From an uncultured Rikenellaceae bacterium (GTDB taxonomy: Bacteria; Bacteroidota; Bacteroidia; Bacteroidales; VadinHA17), in NCBI GenBank assembly GCA_964435015.1, contig CAYSXP010000006.1, positions 8,079 to 72,078 on the forward strand: 64,000 nt of DNA. The letters run 5' to 3'. Every line of letters starts with the position of its first letter. The first letter of the stretch is position 1. This document shows, one piece after another, positions 9,752-20,149 of the stretch. The notes beneath the pieces are model-generated. The model was not told the DNA's origin, made no database searches, and saw only the letters and a list, made by a program, of their open reading frames with translations. Made by a program: the position numbers and the translations under genes.

Positions 9752-10684
9752 TCATTTTTGGTTTTTGTTCAGCCATTTCAGCCATTTCCCGAGGTTGTTT
9801 ACCCAGTATCCGGGATGGTCATTATCAACAGCCAGCCCGAAACCGTGTTCGCCGTCAGTGATTATGTGGAGCTCCGTCGGGATTTTCCTGTTGTGAAGGG
9901 CCTGATACATAAGCAGGGAGTTGCTGACAGGAACGACTGAATCATTATCACCATGAACGATGAAAGCCGGTGGTGTGTCTTCGTTCACCTGCAATTCTGC
10001 AGAATAGTATTTTATCAGTTCCGGGTCGGCGTTTTTCCCCAGCAATGCTTCCCGTGAACCCGAATGGGCGGCGGGATCAGAGAATGTTATGACGGGGTAT
10101 ACAAGGATCATGAAATCGGGCCGGCAGCTGATTCTTCCGACCGGATCAGATGAGTCATTTTTCCCGTTGTCGAAATGGGTGCCTGCTGTGGCCGCAAGGT
10201 GTCCGCCTGCCGAAAATCCCATTATGCCTATTTTGCCGGGATCGATGTTCCAGGCGGCTGAATTGTGGCGAACGAGCCGGATTGCCCGCTGAGCATCCAT
10301 CAGCGGGGCCTTGTGGGGCTCCAGGGTATTTCCGTATATTGGCAGCCTGTATTTCAGGACAATACCTGCTATTCCGACGGAATTGAAGAAGCGGGCAATA
10401 TCGGTGCCTTCATAATCATAGCAAAGGATGTGGTAACCCCCTCCGGGGCAGATTATGACCGCCTGTCCGGTAGCGAACCGTTTGGCTGGCAGATAAACGG
10501 CTATTTCAGGCACCTGAACGTTGCTGATGCTGATTATTTCTTTCCTTTCGATTACTTCTGACTGCCCCGTGTTTCTTGAGTTCGGAATCTGACCATTGTA
10601 CAGGGGAATGGTAAATTCCTGTGCTTCAGCCAGGAAAAAATAAAACATCAACAATATTATAACAGGGAGGGATGTTTTTTTCAT
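9752..10684 (-). CDS. Alpha/beta-hydrolase carbohydrate esterase (Aes/acetyl-esterase-like), secreted
   Basis: Signal peptide, nucleophile elbow GFSAGGHLA, an HGDNDSVV acid region and a DGEHGF catalytic His region. Confidence 0.8.
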   Translation of the reverse strand: MKKTSLPVIILLMFYFFLAEAQEFTIPLYNGQIPNSRNTGQSEVIERKEIISISNVQVPEIAVYLPAKRFATGQAVIICPGGGYHILCYDYEGTDIARFFNSVGIAGIVLKYRLPIYGNTLEPHKAPLMDAQRAIRLVRHNSAAWNIDPGKIGIMGFSAGGHLAATAGTHFDNGKNDSSDPVGRISCRPDFMILVYPVITFSDPAAHSGSREALLGKNADPELIKYYSAELQVNEDTPPAFIVHGDNDSVVPVSNSLLMYQALHNRKIPTELHIITDGEHGFGLAVDNDHPGYWVNNLGKWLKWLNKNQK

Positions 10685-10719
10685 TTGAGGCTGTTATTTA
10701 AAGGATTGGACACTGAAAG

Positions 10720-12189
10720 CTATGATTTTCTCTGAGAGATGGTTTCGGTTACTGAATCCAGCACTTCCCTGTTTGTTCCGATTATAAAAAGAACGTCGCC
10801 GGAACCGATTAACGTGTTACCGTCGGGTACGACATAAATTCCCTTTTTCTTGATCAAGGCAATTCTGACGTTTTGCGGGAAGTGCAGGTCAACTATTTTT
10901 TTTCCTACGGCCATGTATCCTGAAGCGATAGTCATCTCCACCATTTGTGAATTAAGGGACTCGGCAAGCAGCACATCAGCAGGTGTTACGGATTTGACAT
11001 TAACAGGCAGATCCACATGGAGCCATTTGGCAACCCTTGGTATTGAGGTGCCCTGAATCAGCACCGATGAAAGTGATATGAAAAACACTATGTTGAAAAT
11101 CATTCCGGCCTTATCTATGCCGGCCATAAGGGGAAAGGTGGCAAAGACGATGGGGACGGCGCCGCGCAAGCCGACAAATGAAATAAACCATTTTACCCTT
11201 GTTTTTATTTTGAACGGGGCCAGGCAGATGAAGCAGGCAAGCGGTCTGGCAACAATCATCAGGAAGGCTGAAATTGCCAGTCCCGCCCCCACAACCGGTA
11301 TTATCTGGGATGGGAACACCAGCAGTCCGAGGGCGAGGAACAGTACGATCTGCATCAGCCAGGCAAGGCCGTCATACATCTTCATTATTGTTCTTTTATG
11401 CAGCAGGTTCTGGTTACCCAGATAAAGCGCCGACAAATAAACTGCAAGGAAGCCGTTTCCCCCGGCAAGATTTGTCAGTGAATAGGTAAGGAACATTAAG
11501 GTAATTGACAAAACAGGATAAAGGCCATCATAGTCGAGTTTGATCCTGTTTATCACGAATTTGCTGAAATACCCAAAAAGGAAGCCGCAGCCTCCTCCGA
11601 TTACCAGCTGCATGAAAAACAGTTTAACGCCCAGGGCAAATGAACTGACTTCACCTGTTATCATACCCAGAAACATAATCGTGAGGATGTAAGCCATGGG
11701 GTCGTTACTGCCGCTTTCAAACTCAAGCATGGGCCGGATATGCCCTTTGAGTGCAACGTTTTTTGAGCGGAGTATTGAAAAAACCGCCGCTGCATCGGTA
11801 GAGGATACAATTGATCCGAGAAGCAATCCTTCGAACAGTGTAAAGTCAGTTACCTGCCATATAAAAATTCCCAGGAAGACTGCAGTCAGAATAACACCAA
11901 GGATAGACAGGGAGAATGACATGCCAAAGACAGGCTTCACTGATTTCCAGTCAGTTTCAAAGCCGCCTGAAAACAGGATGAAATTCAGGGCCACTATCCC
12001 TATGAATTGTGCTATACCGGGATTGTTGAATTCAATCTTCCCGATTCCGTCAGTACCTGCCAGCATTCCAATGATCAGGAAAAAGATAAGGGTTGGAACG
12101 CCGAGGCGGAATGAAGTTTTACCTGCAATTATGCTTATCAGAAACAGAACTGAACCAATGAGGAGGATATTTTCAAATGTTAGTTTCAT
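10720..12189 (-). CDS. nhaP2: K+/H+ (cation/proton) antiporter of the NhaP2/CPA1 type with C-terminal TrkA-C domain
   Basis: 489 aa with about 12 transmembrane segments and the motifs SIVSSTDAAAVFSIL and FESGSNDPMA. The soluble C-terminal domain is RCK_C-like. Confidence 0.8.
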   Translation of the reverse strand: MKLTFENILLIGSVLFLISIIAGKTSFRLGVPTLIFFLIIGMLAGTDGIGKIEFNNPGIAQFIGIVALNFILFSGGFETDWKSVKPVFGMSFSLSILGVILTAVFLGIFIWQVTDFTLFEGLLLGSIVSSTDAAAVFSILRSKNVALKGHIRPMLEFESGSNDPMAYILTIMFLGMITGEVSSFALGVKLFFMQLVIGGGCGFLFGYFSKFVINRIKLDYDGLYPVLSITLMFLTYSLTNLAGGNGFLAVYLSALYLGNQNLLHKRTIMKMYDGLAWLMQIVLFLALGLLVFPSQIIPVVGAGLAISAFLMIVARPLACFICLAPFKIKTRVKWFISFVGLRGAVPIVFATFPLMAGIDKAGMIFNIVFFISLSSVLIQGTSIPRVAKWLHVDLPVNVKSVTPADVLLAESLNSQMVEMTIASGYMAVGKKIVDLHFPQNVRIALIKKKGIYVVPDGNTLIGSGDVLFIIGTNREVLDSVTETISQRKS

Positions 12190-12201
12190 GCTCCTGTCCG
12201 G

Positions 12202-13767
12202 TCAGTTTGGGAGGAATGATCGTGCGAGTTCATCACTGTCCCCGTATTTTTTCATAAGTGAGGTGAGCCGCTTATGAAGATCTTTCCTGATTTTGGCGTA
12301 TTGCGGGTCATTGTAAACGTTTTTCATCTCCAATGGATCTGCTTTCCTGTCGTAAAGTTCCCATTCATCAATATCATAGTAATAATGAATCAGTTTGTAG
12401 CGGTCGGTGCTTATTCCGTAGTGACGTTTGACACTATGCGGTCCGGGGAGTTCATAATAATGATAATAGTGTTCTTTTCGCCAGTCTGACGGGGTTTTTC
12501 CCTTCAATACGGGCAGCATGCTTCTCCCCTGCATATCGGAGGGAACGGTGAGCCCTGCCATTTCCAGGAAAGTCTCAGGGAGGTCAATATTCGATACCAT
12601 GTCGTTGTTTACGCTTCCGGGCCTGATGACTCCCGGCCATCTGATAACCAGTGGAGTGCGGTATGATTCCTCGAACATGAATCTCTTGTCGAACCAGCCG
12701 TGTTCGCCCAGGTAGAAACCCTGGTCGGATGCATAAATAACTACTGTGTTTTTATCGAGTCCGGTTTTTTCAAGGTAGTTAAGTATTTCTCCCACACTTT
12801 TATCGACGGCGGCAATGCAGGCGAGATAATCCTGAAGATACCGCTGGTATTTGAATCTTACAAGATCACTTCCCGAAAGGTCTGCTTTGTAAAAACCGGC
12901 AATAATCGGATCATATACCTCGTTCCACCGGGCCATCTGCAGGGAATCCATCCGGTTAAGCCCTGTCAGCCTCATCTTTGACTTATCCTTGTACATTTTA
13001 AGGTCCTCCTCAATCCGCATTGTTTTGGAGATTGTCATATCCTGTGTTTTCTCGGCGGTGCCGCGTCCGGAATAGTCATCGAAGAGGGTTGCCGGTTCCG
13101 GAAAATCAGTATTCTTGTAAAGGGTCAGCTCATCAGGGCCGGGCTGCCATTCACGGTGGGGTGCCTTGTGATGCATCATAAGCATGAAGGGTTTTTCGGA
13201 ATTTCTTGCATCATCAAGCCATCTGAGGGATTTTTCCGTGATCAGATCCGTAACATAACCTTGATCCGTATGCCTGCCTTCCCTTGTAATGAATTCCGGA
13301 TTATAGTAAACACCCTGCCCCGGAAGGATTTCCCAGTGATCAAATCCGGTGGGCTCAGATTCGAGGTGCCATTTACCTATCATTGCAGTTCTGTATCCGG
13401 CCTTCTGAAGCAGTTTTGGAAAAGTTTGCTGTGCTCCGTCAAATGGTTTCTGACCGTCGTTGGTGATAAATCCGTTTACATGGCTGTATTTTCCGGTAAG
13501 AATAACCGCCCTGCATGGCCCTGACAAGGAATTGGTAACAAGGCATCTGTCAAAACGCATTCCTTCTCCCGCGATCCTGTCAATGTTTGGAGTTGGGGCA
13601 TAATCCTTTAGAATGCTTTCATATGCACTTATGGCCTGGTAGGCATGGTCGTCCGACATAATGTAGATTATGTTGGGTCTTTTGCTGGTTGCAGCAGGGG
13701 TGCCTGAATCCTGTCCAAGAACAGCTCCCACTCCGGCCAGTGCAGCATATCCGACGTAAAATTTCAT
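12202..13767 (-). CDS. Sulfatase (S1 family), Ser-type
   Basis: IIYIMSDDH metal site; maturation motif [14 protein letters not shown] (S-G-P-C-R). Signal peptide present. 521 aa. Confidence 0.9.
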   Translation of the reverse strand: MKFYVGYAALAGVGAVLGQDSGTPAATSKRPNIIYIMSDDHAYQAISAYESILKDYAPTPNIDRIAGEGMRFDRCLVTNSLSGPCRAVILTGKYSHVNGFITNDGQKPFDGAQQTFPKLLQKAGYRTAMIGKWHLESEPTGFDHWEILPGQGVYYNPEFITREGRHTDQGYVTDLITEKSLRWLDDARNSEKPFMLMMHHKAPHREWQPGPDELTLYKNTDFPEPATLFDDYSGRGTAEKTQDMTISKTMRIEEDLKMYKDKSKMRLTGLNRMDSLQMARWNEVYDPIIAGFYKADLSGSDLVRFKYQRYLQDYLACIAAVDKSVGEILNYLEKTGLDKNTVVIYASDQGFYLGEHGWFDKRFMFEESYRTPLVIRWPGVIRPGSVNNDMVSNIDLPETFLEMAGLTVPSDMQGRSMLPVLKGKTPSDWRKEHYYHYYELPGPHSVKRHYGISTDRYKLIHYYYDIDEWELYDRKADPLEMKNVYNDPQYAKIRKDLHKRLTSLMKKYGDSDELARSFLPN

Positions 13768-13786
13768 GATAATATAATGTTAATTA

Positions 13787-15286
13787 TTATTTTATTGTTC
13801 CGGGCTGCCGGCGTCCGGTTCCCGGATCGCCCGTTATTTCATCACCCAGGTCGCGCCTTGCTTCCCCGGCAAGGTCCTGGAGCTCTTTTACCTTTTCAGG
13901 ATAAAGGCCTGCAACATCATACCATTCTCCGGGATCGCGGCGCAGATCATAAAGTTCAGGTGAATATATCGTTTCTGTGGCATAAGGTCCCGGCCAGCCG
14001 TCATTTCCCGGATCCACGTAACGGTATGACTGATTGCTTCTGTGAGGCAATACAAGTTTCCAGTGATCGCGCTGAACGGCCTCAAGGCTGTTGGTTCTGT
14101 AGTAATAATACAACTCATGGCGCGGTGTGATATTTTTATCCCCCATCATTAATGGAAGTATATTTACCCCGTCGATCTTTTTTTCCGGAGGCTTTGCTCC
14201 GGTTATTGCGGCAACGGCAGGCAGAATATCTATTGAACCCGCCAGCCGGTTGCAGATCTCCCCTGCAGGGATAACCCCTGTCCATCTCATTATGCAGGGC
14301 ACCCTCTGGCCGCCTTCCCAGGTTGTTCCTTTCCCCTCACGCAATCCTCCTGTTGTGCCCGCGTGATTTCCGAAATTCAGCCAGGGCCCGTTGTCGCTGG
14401 TAAATATTATCAGTGTTTTTTTTGCAAGGCCGTTTTTGTCGACGGCTTTAACAATCTCCCCTACAGACCAGTCAACTTCCATCATAACGTCGCCATACAG
14501 GCCCTGCATGCTTTTTCCCCTGAATCCGTCAGATACCCCGAGGGGTACATGTACCATCGAATGAGGCAGATACAGGAAAAAGGGTTCGTGCTTATGCTTT
14601 TCGATGAATCCCACCGCCCGCCTGGTATATTCGGCAGTCAGCTTATCCTGGCCAGAAAGATCAGTGATCTCCCCTATTTTTTCATTTCCCTCTATCAGCG
14701 GAAGAGGGGGATATTTCATCAGCCTGCTGGTGGTATCCCTGAGGTGAATCGGAACCCCGTCAAAATCAACTGGCCACATGTCATTTGAATATGGGAGTCC
14801 GTAGTATTCATCGAAACCGTGCTGGAGGGGAAGAAATTCCCGCTGGTGGCCCAAATGCCATTTGCCATAAGCCGCTGTATGATAACCTCTTGATTTAAGC
14901 ACTTCTGCAATGGTTGTTTCCTCTGAATTGATTCCAATGGTTGACCATGGCATCAGGGCCCCGGTGATTCCCACGCGATTCGGATAGCATCCGGTCAGCA
15001 GCCCTGCCCTGGAAGCGCTGCTTACAGCCTGAGGACTGTAAAACCAGGTGAATTGCATTCCCTGGCCGGCCAGCCGGTCGAGGTTGGGAGTGTCATACTG
15101 ATTTGCTCCTGTTGAGCCAATGTCACCATAGCCCATATCATCCATCAGTATGATAATAATGTTTGGAGTGGCAGCCTTAAGGGCAGAGGGTTTCTGGGCA
15201 GGAGCCTGAAGGGCCGCCAGCGAAACCGCCCCGGCAGTAAGGACAGAATTAAGTTTTAACATAGCACATGTTTTTTTTGTGATCAA
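13787..15286 (-). CDS. Arylsulfatase-like sulfatase (S1 family), Ser-type with Ala in place of Pro
   Basis: IIIILMDDMGYGD; maturation motif AVSSASRAGLLTGCYP (S-S-A-S-R); GKWHLG. 499 aa. Confidence 0.9.
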   Translation of the reverse strand: MITKKTCAMLKLNSVLTAGAVSLAALQAPAQKPSALKAATPNIIIILMDDMGYGDIGSTGANQYDTPNLDRLAGQGMQFTWFYSPQAVSSASRAGLLTGCYPNRVGITGALMPWSTIGINSEETTIAEVLKSRGYHTAAYGKWHLGHQREFLPLQHGFDEYYGLPYSNDMWPVDFDGVPIHLRDTTSRLMKYPPLPLIEGNEKIGEITDLSGQDKLTAEYTRRAVGFIEKHKHEPFFLYLPHSMVHVPLGVSDGFRGKSMQGLYGDVMMEVDWSVGEIVKAVDKNGLAKKTLIIFTSDNGPWLNFGNHAGTTGGLREGKGTTWEGGQRVPCIMRWTGVIPAGEICNRLAGSIDILPAVAAITGAKPPEKKIDGVNILPLMMGDKNITPRHELYYYYRTNSLEAVQRDHWKLVLPHRSNQSYRYVDPGNDGWPGPYATETIYSPELYDLRRDPGEWYDVAGLYPEKVKELQDLAGEARRDLGDEITGDPGTGRRQPGTIK

Positions 15287-15302
15287 AATAAAACAAGCCG
15301 GT

Positions 15303-16808
15303 TCACTCTTTTTCCCATGCAGGGTTTGGAAGCATCATTCTGGCACCCGTCCGGGTTCTCCAGTCATTCAGCAAAGCGAACAGTTCCCTGGTCTTTCCGG
15401 GGTTTGAAGCTGAAATATCGGTTGTTTCCGAGATATCGTTTTCGAGATCATACAGTTCCTGCCTCTCCCTCTCAAAGTTGTCGATAAGTTTATACTTTCC
15501 CAGCCTGATAGCGCTGCCCGGTTCAACGCCCCGGTTATTGTAATGCGGATAGTGCCAGAATAAAGGTCGTTCTTCAGGATCCCTGCCCGAAAGCGATCTG
15601 AGGAAGCTTATTCCGTCAATTTTCTCATTGCTGCAGTCATAGCCGGCGATTTCTGCAAAGGTGGGATAAAAATCTACGGATGATACCGGATAGTCAACCA
15701 TTTTTGCGGGAGTTTTCAATCCCGGATATTTTACGATAAGGGGTACCCGTATTCCCCCTTCATACAGCCATCCTTTTCCGGCTCTCAACGGAGCATTGCA
15801 TGTGGGGGAGCCTATTGATGTCGCAAGTCCTCCATTGTCAGAGGTAAGAATCACCACGGTCTTCCTGTCGATACCGAGCTCTTTCAGCCTGTTCATCACG
15901 CGCCCTACATTCTCATCAACGCTCCATATCATTGCAGCATAGACGGGATTGCTCTGAATGGTCCTCTCCCTGAAGTCGTCAGGCATTGAGGGCCTTATCC
16001 AGTCCTTGTCCCTGGTAAAGGGTGAGATGGATGACAGTCCCATGGAATCGGCTTTTTCAGTAAACTTTTTTACATGCTGCTCCTTTGCCTGCAAAGGAGT
16101 GTGCACGGCATAATATGAAAGGAGGACAAAAAATGGTTTTTCCCTGTTGTTTTCCATGAATCTGATTGCTTCATCCGTCTGTCTGTCGGTAAGGTATTCT
16201 CCTGCAGGTCCGTCATCAAGGCGCGGATTCCCATAGGGGGAGAAGTATCCGTTGGTTGTGGCGGTGACAAACGGCTGCCCGGCCTTATATCCTCCTTTGT
16301 TTACATCAAAGCCCTGGTTTTCGGGCCAGTAAGCAGGATCTTCGCCAAGATGCCATTTTCCGGAAATCATTGTAGTGTAGCCTCTGCTTTTAAGCATCTC
16401 AGCCACAGTGATTTCTTCAGGATCCAGGTAAAGCTTGAAAGGCAGCGGCAGAAGTTTGTCATACGGAGCACCGTAATCAGTGGCCTGCCTTCCCGGGATC
16501 CATTCCGTAATACCCGTATTTACCGGATACCTGCCGGTCATTATTGAGCCCCGCGTAGGTGAGGAGACGGGGCATGAAGCATATGCATTGGTGAACTTAA
16601 CTCCCTGGCTGGCCAGCCTGTCAATATTCGGAGTCTCATAGAACTTGCTTCCATAACATCCGGCATCGCTGTATCCGTAGTCGTCGAGAAGTATCATCAG
16701 GATGTTGGGTTTTGATATTTCCTGTTTTCCCGGGTTCTGGCAGGAAACAAGAGGAACGGAGGCCATTACCCCTATCCCCAGTGCAGGCTTCAGATTAATT
16801 TTCATCAT
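15303..16808 (-). CDS. Sulfatase (S1 family), Ser-type
   Basis: ILMILLDDYGYSD; PVSSPTRGSIMTGRYP (S-S-P-T-R); GKWHLG. 501 aa. Confidence 0.9.
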   Translation of the reverse strand: MMKINLKPALGIGVMASVPLVSCQNPGKQEISKPNILMILLDDYGYSDAGCYGSKFYETPNIDRLASQGVKFTNAYASCPVSSPTRGSIMTGRYPVNTGITEWIPGRQATDYGAPYDKLLPLPFKLYLDPEEITVAEMLKSRGYTTMISGKWHLGEDPAYWPENQGFDVNKGGYKAGQPFVTATTNGYFSPYGNPRLDDGPAGEYLTDRQTDEAIRFMENNREKPFFVLLSYYAVHTPLQAKEQHVKKFTEKADSMGLSSISPFTRDKDWIRPSMPDDFRERTIQSNPVYAAMIWSVDENVGRVMNRLKELGIDRKTVVILTSDNGGLATSIGSPTCNAPLRAGKGWLYEGGIRVPLIVKYPGLKTPAKMVDYPVSSVDFYPTFAEIAGYDCSNEKIDGISFLRSLSGRDPEERPLFWHYPHYNNRGVEPGSAIRLGKYKLIDNFERERQELYDLENDISETTDISASNPGKTRELFALLNDWRTRTGARMMLPNPAWEKE

Positions 16809-16820
16809 GCAGTGTTTAGA

Positions 16821-18350
16821 TTATTCTGCTGAATTCCTTATTTTTTGCAACAGTACTGTTAATTCATTCACAATTGACTGGTTTTCACGGGCAACGTTAT
16901 CTTTCTCCCCGATATCCCTGCGCAGATCATAAAGCTGGGGTTCAGGATCGTTGCCGGTTTCGGTGCCGGTTTCGGGCATGATTCTTATTCCGGGCCCCGG
17001 CTCAATATATTTCCAGTCACCCCTGATAATGGAAAGCCGGTTATTAAGCGACTGTTCAACCAGCCAGCTCCTGTCTTTCCGGGATTTTCCAAGCAAAGCC
17101 GGAAGGCTGTTAAAGCTGTCAGGGCCCTCCCCTGCCGGTAAAGATTGTCCGGTGAGTGATGCGAAAGATGACATAAGGTCTATCTGACTGAACAGGGCAT
17201 CTGATGTTCCGGGTTTGATTTTTCCTTTCCAGGAGGCAATGAACATGATTCTCGTGCCGCCGTCAAAAGCGCTGTATTTTCCTCCGCGCAGGGGGCCGGC
17301 AGGTTTGTGGTCGCCAAGCAGTTCCACCGCCTGGTCGCGGTATCCGTCATCTACCACGGGGCCGTTGTCGCTTGTAACAATGATCAGTGTATTCCCTGCC
17401 AGGCCGAGTTCATCGACAGTTCTCATTATTTCCCCAACCGACCAGTCGAACTGAAGGATGACATCCCCCCTCGGACCCATGCCGCTTTTTCCGGCAAACC
17501 TCGGGTGCGGCACCCTTGGAACGTGGATATCATTTGTGGCAAAGTACAAAAAGAACGGTTTGTCCTTGTTTTCCTTTATATATCTTACTGCCTTTTCTGT
17601 AATTACATCTGCAATATCCTCATCGGTCCATAGTGCCGAGGTTCCTCCGGTCATATATCCTATCCTGCTTATTCCATTGATGATGGTCATGTCATGCCCA
17701 TGGCTTGGATGCATTTTAAGCAGCTCAGGGTTCTCCCTTCCGGTAGGAAGACTGCCTGTTTTTTCCTTAAAACTGACTCGTATCGGGTCATCCGGATCAA
17801 GGCCGGCCACATTCCTGTTCTCGACAAAGACGCATGGTACGCGGTCGCCTGTAGCGGGCATGATAAAATTATAGTCGAACCCCAGGTCAATGGGGCCGGG
17901 TTTTATCTCTCCGTTCCAGTCAGGTCCGCCTTCAGGGCCAAGGCCGAGGTGCCATTTTCCAATAACGGCTGTCGTGTAACCGGCGTTTTTAAGAAGTGAT
18001 GCAACAGTGAACCTTCCTGGCTCTATAACAGACGGTGCGTCACCCGGGGCGATCCCTGTGCCCGGTCTTCTCCAGGCATACTCGCCGGTAAGCAGTGAAT
18101 ACCTCGATGGGGTGCTTGTGGCCGATGTACAATGAGCATTTGTAAACCGCAGCCCCTGCCGGGCAATCCTGTCGATTTCAGGGGTCGAAATGGTCTTTGC
18201 TCCGTAGCAGCTGATATCACCATAACCCAGATCGTCGGCATAGATTAAGATAATATTGGGTCTTTCAGCTTTCTGGCCCGGCATTGAGAGCGGCAACGCT
18301 GAAGCCATCAGCACAGGCAGCAGGAACTTCTTTTCCGGATACAATTTCAT
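16821..18350 (-). CDS. Sulfatase (S1 family), Ser-type
   Basis: IILIYADDLGYGD; SATSTPSRYSLLTGEY (S-T-P-S-R); GKWHLG. 509 aa. Confidence 0.9.
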   Translation of the reverse strand: MKLYPEKKFLLPVLMASALPLSMPGQKAERPNIILIYADDLGYGDISCYGAKTISTPEIDRIARQGLRFTNAHCTSATSTPSRYSLLTGEYAWRRPGTGIAPGDAPSVIEPGRFTVASLLKNAGYTTAVIGKWHLGLGPEGGPDWNGEIKPGPIDLGFDYNFIMPATGDRVPCVFVENRNVAGLDPDDPIRVSFKEKTGSLPTGRENPELLKMHPSHGHDMTIINGISRIGYMTGGTSALWTDEDIADVITEKAVRYIKENKDKPFFLYFATNDIHVPRVPHPRFAGKSGMGPRGDVILQFDWSVGEIMRTVDELGLAGNTLIIVTSDNGPVVDDGYRDQAVELLGDHKPAGPLRGGKYSAFDGGTRIMFIASWKGKIKPGTSDALFSQIDLMSSFASLTGQSLPAGEGPDSFNSLPALLGKSRKDRSWLVEQSLNNRLSIIRGDWKYIEPGPGIRIMPETGTETGNDPEPQLYDLRRDIGEKDNVARENQSIVNELTVLLQKIRNSAE

Positions 18351-18436
18351 GGAAATAGTTTTTCTATGACTGGAGATTTAATTAAATATTCTGTTGACTC
18401 TTCGGTATTCGGTGTGTTTGTGCAATTCTCCATATG

Positions 18437-19879
18437 TTATTGTTCTGCAGCCAGGGGGAAAATACCTGATGGCACATGCTCGCGTTTCATCGTTTCAAGC
18501 ATTTTCCTTACCACATCAGGATTTGATCCGGCAACATTATTTGTTTCTCCCGGGTCATCAGACAGGTCATAAAGCTCAACATGTCCGGTATCTGCAGCAG
18601 CAATACTGAATATAACGGCTTTCCAGTTCCCCGTTCTTACTGCCATCCGGCCTCCCTGTTCGTGAAATTCCCAGTAAAGGAATTCGTGGTTTTTCTGTTT
18701 CCTGCCGAGGAGCTCCGGCAGGAAGGAAATTCCGTCAGTTTCTTTCGGAGCCTCAATACCGGCTGCTTCTGCAAAGGTTGGCATTATATCCCAGAATGCC
18801 GAAACATGGTCGGATATGCGGCCCTGTTTCACTTTGCCGGGCCATTTCACTATAAACGGGACCCTGATTCCGCCTTCATACAGATCCCTTTTATAACCTT
18901 TGAACTTCCCGTTGCTGTTGAAATAGTCAGGGTCGGCTCCCCCTTCCAGATGCGGTCCGTTATCGGACGAAAAGATAACGATGGTGTTTTTTTCGAGCCC
19001 GAGTTCGCTGAGTGAAGCTATAATTTCGCCAACATAATCATCGAGCTGTTTTATCATCGCTGCAAATGCTGCATGTGATTCGGGCTGGGAGCCATATGCC
19101 CCCTCGCGGAAACCCGGGCCGCTGTCAGTACCTTTAAATACTTTCTCGGGTTCGAAATTTCCCCTGAACTGTACCATGTATTGTTCTTTGGCATAAAGTT
19201 CCGCATGAGGAATAATTGCAGGGTAGAAAAGAAAAAAAGGTTTTTCCCTGTTTGTTTTGATGAATTCCAGTGCGGCCCTGTGAATGATGTCAGGTCCGTA
19301 TGTTCCGGTTCTGCCTGAATCATTGTCGCGGAGGATTATTTTTTCCCTGTTGTGCCACAGGTGACCTGGATAGTAATTATGAGCCAGTCTCTGGCAGTTA
19401 TAGCCAAAAAACTCATCAAATCCCTGTGAGTTGGGATCCCCTTCGGTACCAATGAAGCCCAGCCCCCATTTCCCGAATGCGCCCGTACTGTAGCCGCGCG
19501 ATTTCAGCATTTCCGCAATTGTCACTGATTCCGAGGGCAGCGGCCACTGACCTTCCGGATCCCGTTCCTTATTGCCTCTTATTGGAGTGTGGCCCGTATG
19601 CAGGCCCGTCATTAGGCTTGAGCGGGATGGCGCGCTTACCGTACATCCCGAGTAGTGCTGCCGGAACAGCATCCCCTGACTGGCAAGCCGGTCGATATTT
19701 GGGGTTGAGAACTTTTGCTGACCGTAACAGCTCAGATCACCATAGCCCAGGTCATCGGCCAGGATGAAAACAATGTTGGGCAAGGCTCTTTTTTCCCCGG
19801 TACCGGAACATGACATCAGCAGAAGTGAGGTGGCACAGAGGGCCAGCGGAACAGGCGGATTCATCCGGAACATGTACAT
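18437..19879 (-). CDS. Sulfatase (S1 family), Ser-type
   Basis: IVFILADDLGYGD; CTVSAPSRSSLMTGLHTGH (S-A-P-S-R); GKWGLG. 480 aa. Confidence 0.9.
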   Translation of the reverse strand: MYMFRMNPPVPLALCATSLLLMSCSGTGEKRALPNIVFILADDLGYGDLSCYGQQKFSTPNIDRLASQGMLFRQHYSGCTVSAPSRSSLMTGLHTGHTPIRGNKERDPEGQWPLPSESVTIAEMLKSRGYSTGAFGKWGLGFIGTEGDPNSQGFDEFFGYNCQRLAHNYYPGHLWHNREKIILRDNDSGRTGTYGPDIIHRAALEFIKTNREKPFFLFYPAIIPHAELYAKEQYMVQFRGNFEPEKVFKGTDSGPGFREGAYGSQPESHAAFAAMIKQLDDYVGEIIASLSELGLEKNTIVIFSSDNGPHLEGGADPDYFNSNGKFKGYKRDLYEGGIRVPFIVKWPGKVKQGRISDHVSAFWDIMPTFAEAAGIEAPKETDGISFLPELLGRKQKNHEFLYWEFHEQGGRMAVRTGNWKAVIFSIAAADTGHVELYDLSDDPGETNNVAGSNPDVVRKMLETMKREHVPSGIFPLAAEQ

Positions 19880-20149
19880 GTCTTTCAGGTGATGATAATA
19901 ATTCCGAATAACAGAAAAATGATTATGTATATCAGAATCTTGAGAATAATCTGTTCGTCTTTTTCCATTTTCAGGATAATTGGGTTTGCAAAGTGATCCT
20001 TAAATATAGAGAATATTTATTATTATCATAAAAAGTAATTATGAACATTTCCGGCGCAAGTCCGGAATGATCCATGGGAAAGCCCGAAGCGGCAATTCAG
20101 GGAATGATGCCGCAAAGGGTCCGGTAGTACGGGGAAGTTGACCGGGAGA

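Noticed and set aside
11696-12277. 193-aa plus-strand ORF, one of many similar 60-170-aa ORFs antisense to annotated genes (for example 8775-9287, 23487-23930, 29803-30288, 62657-63274)
   Set aside because: All lie wholly inside longer ORFs with clear family motifs on the opposite strand. They have odd composition and no recognisable motifs, so they are treated as shadow ORFs.
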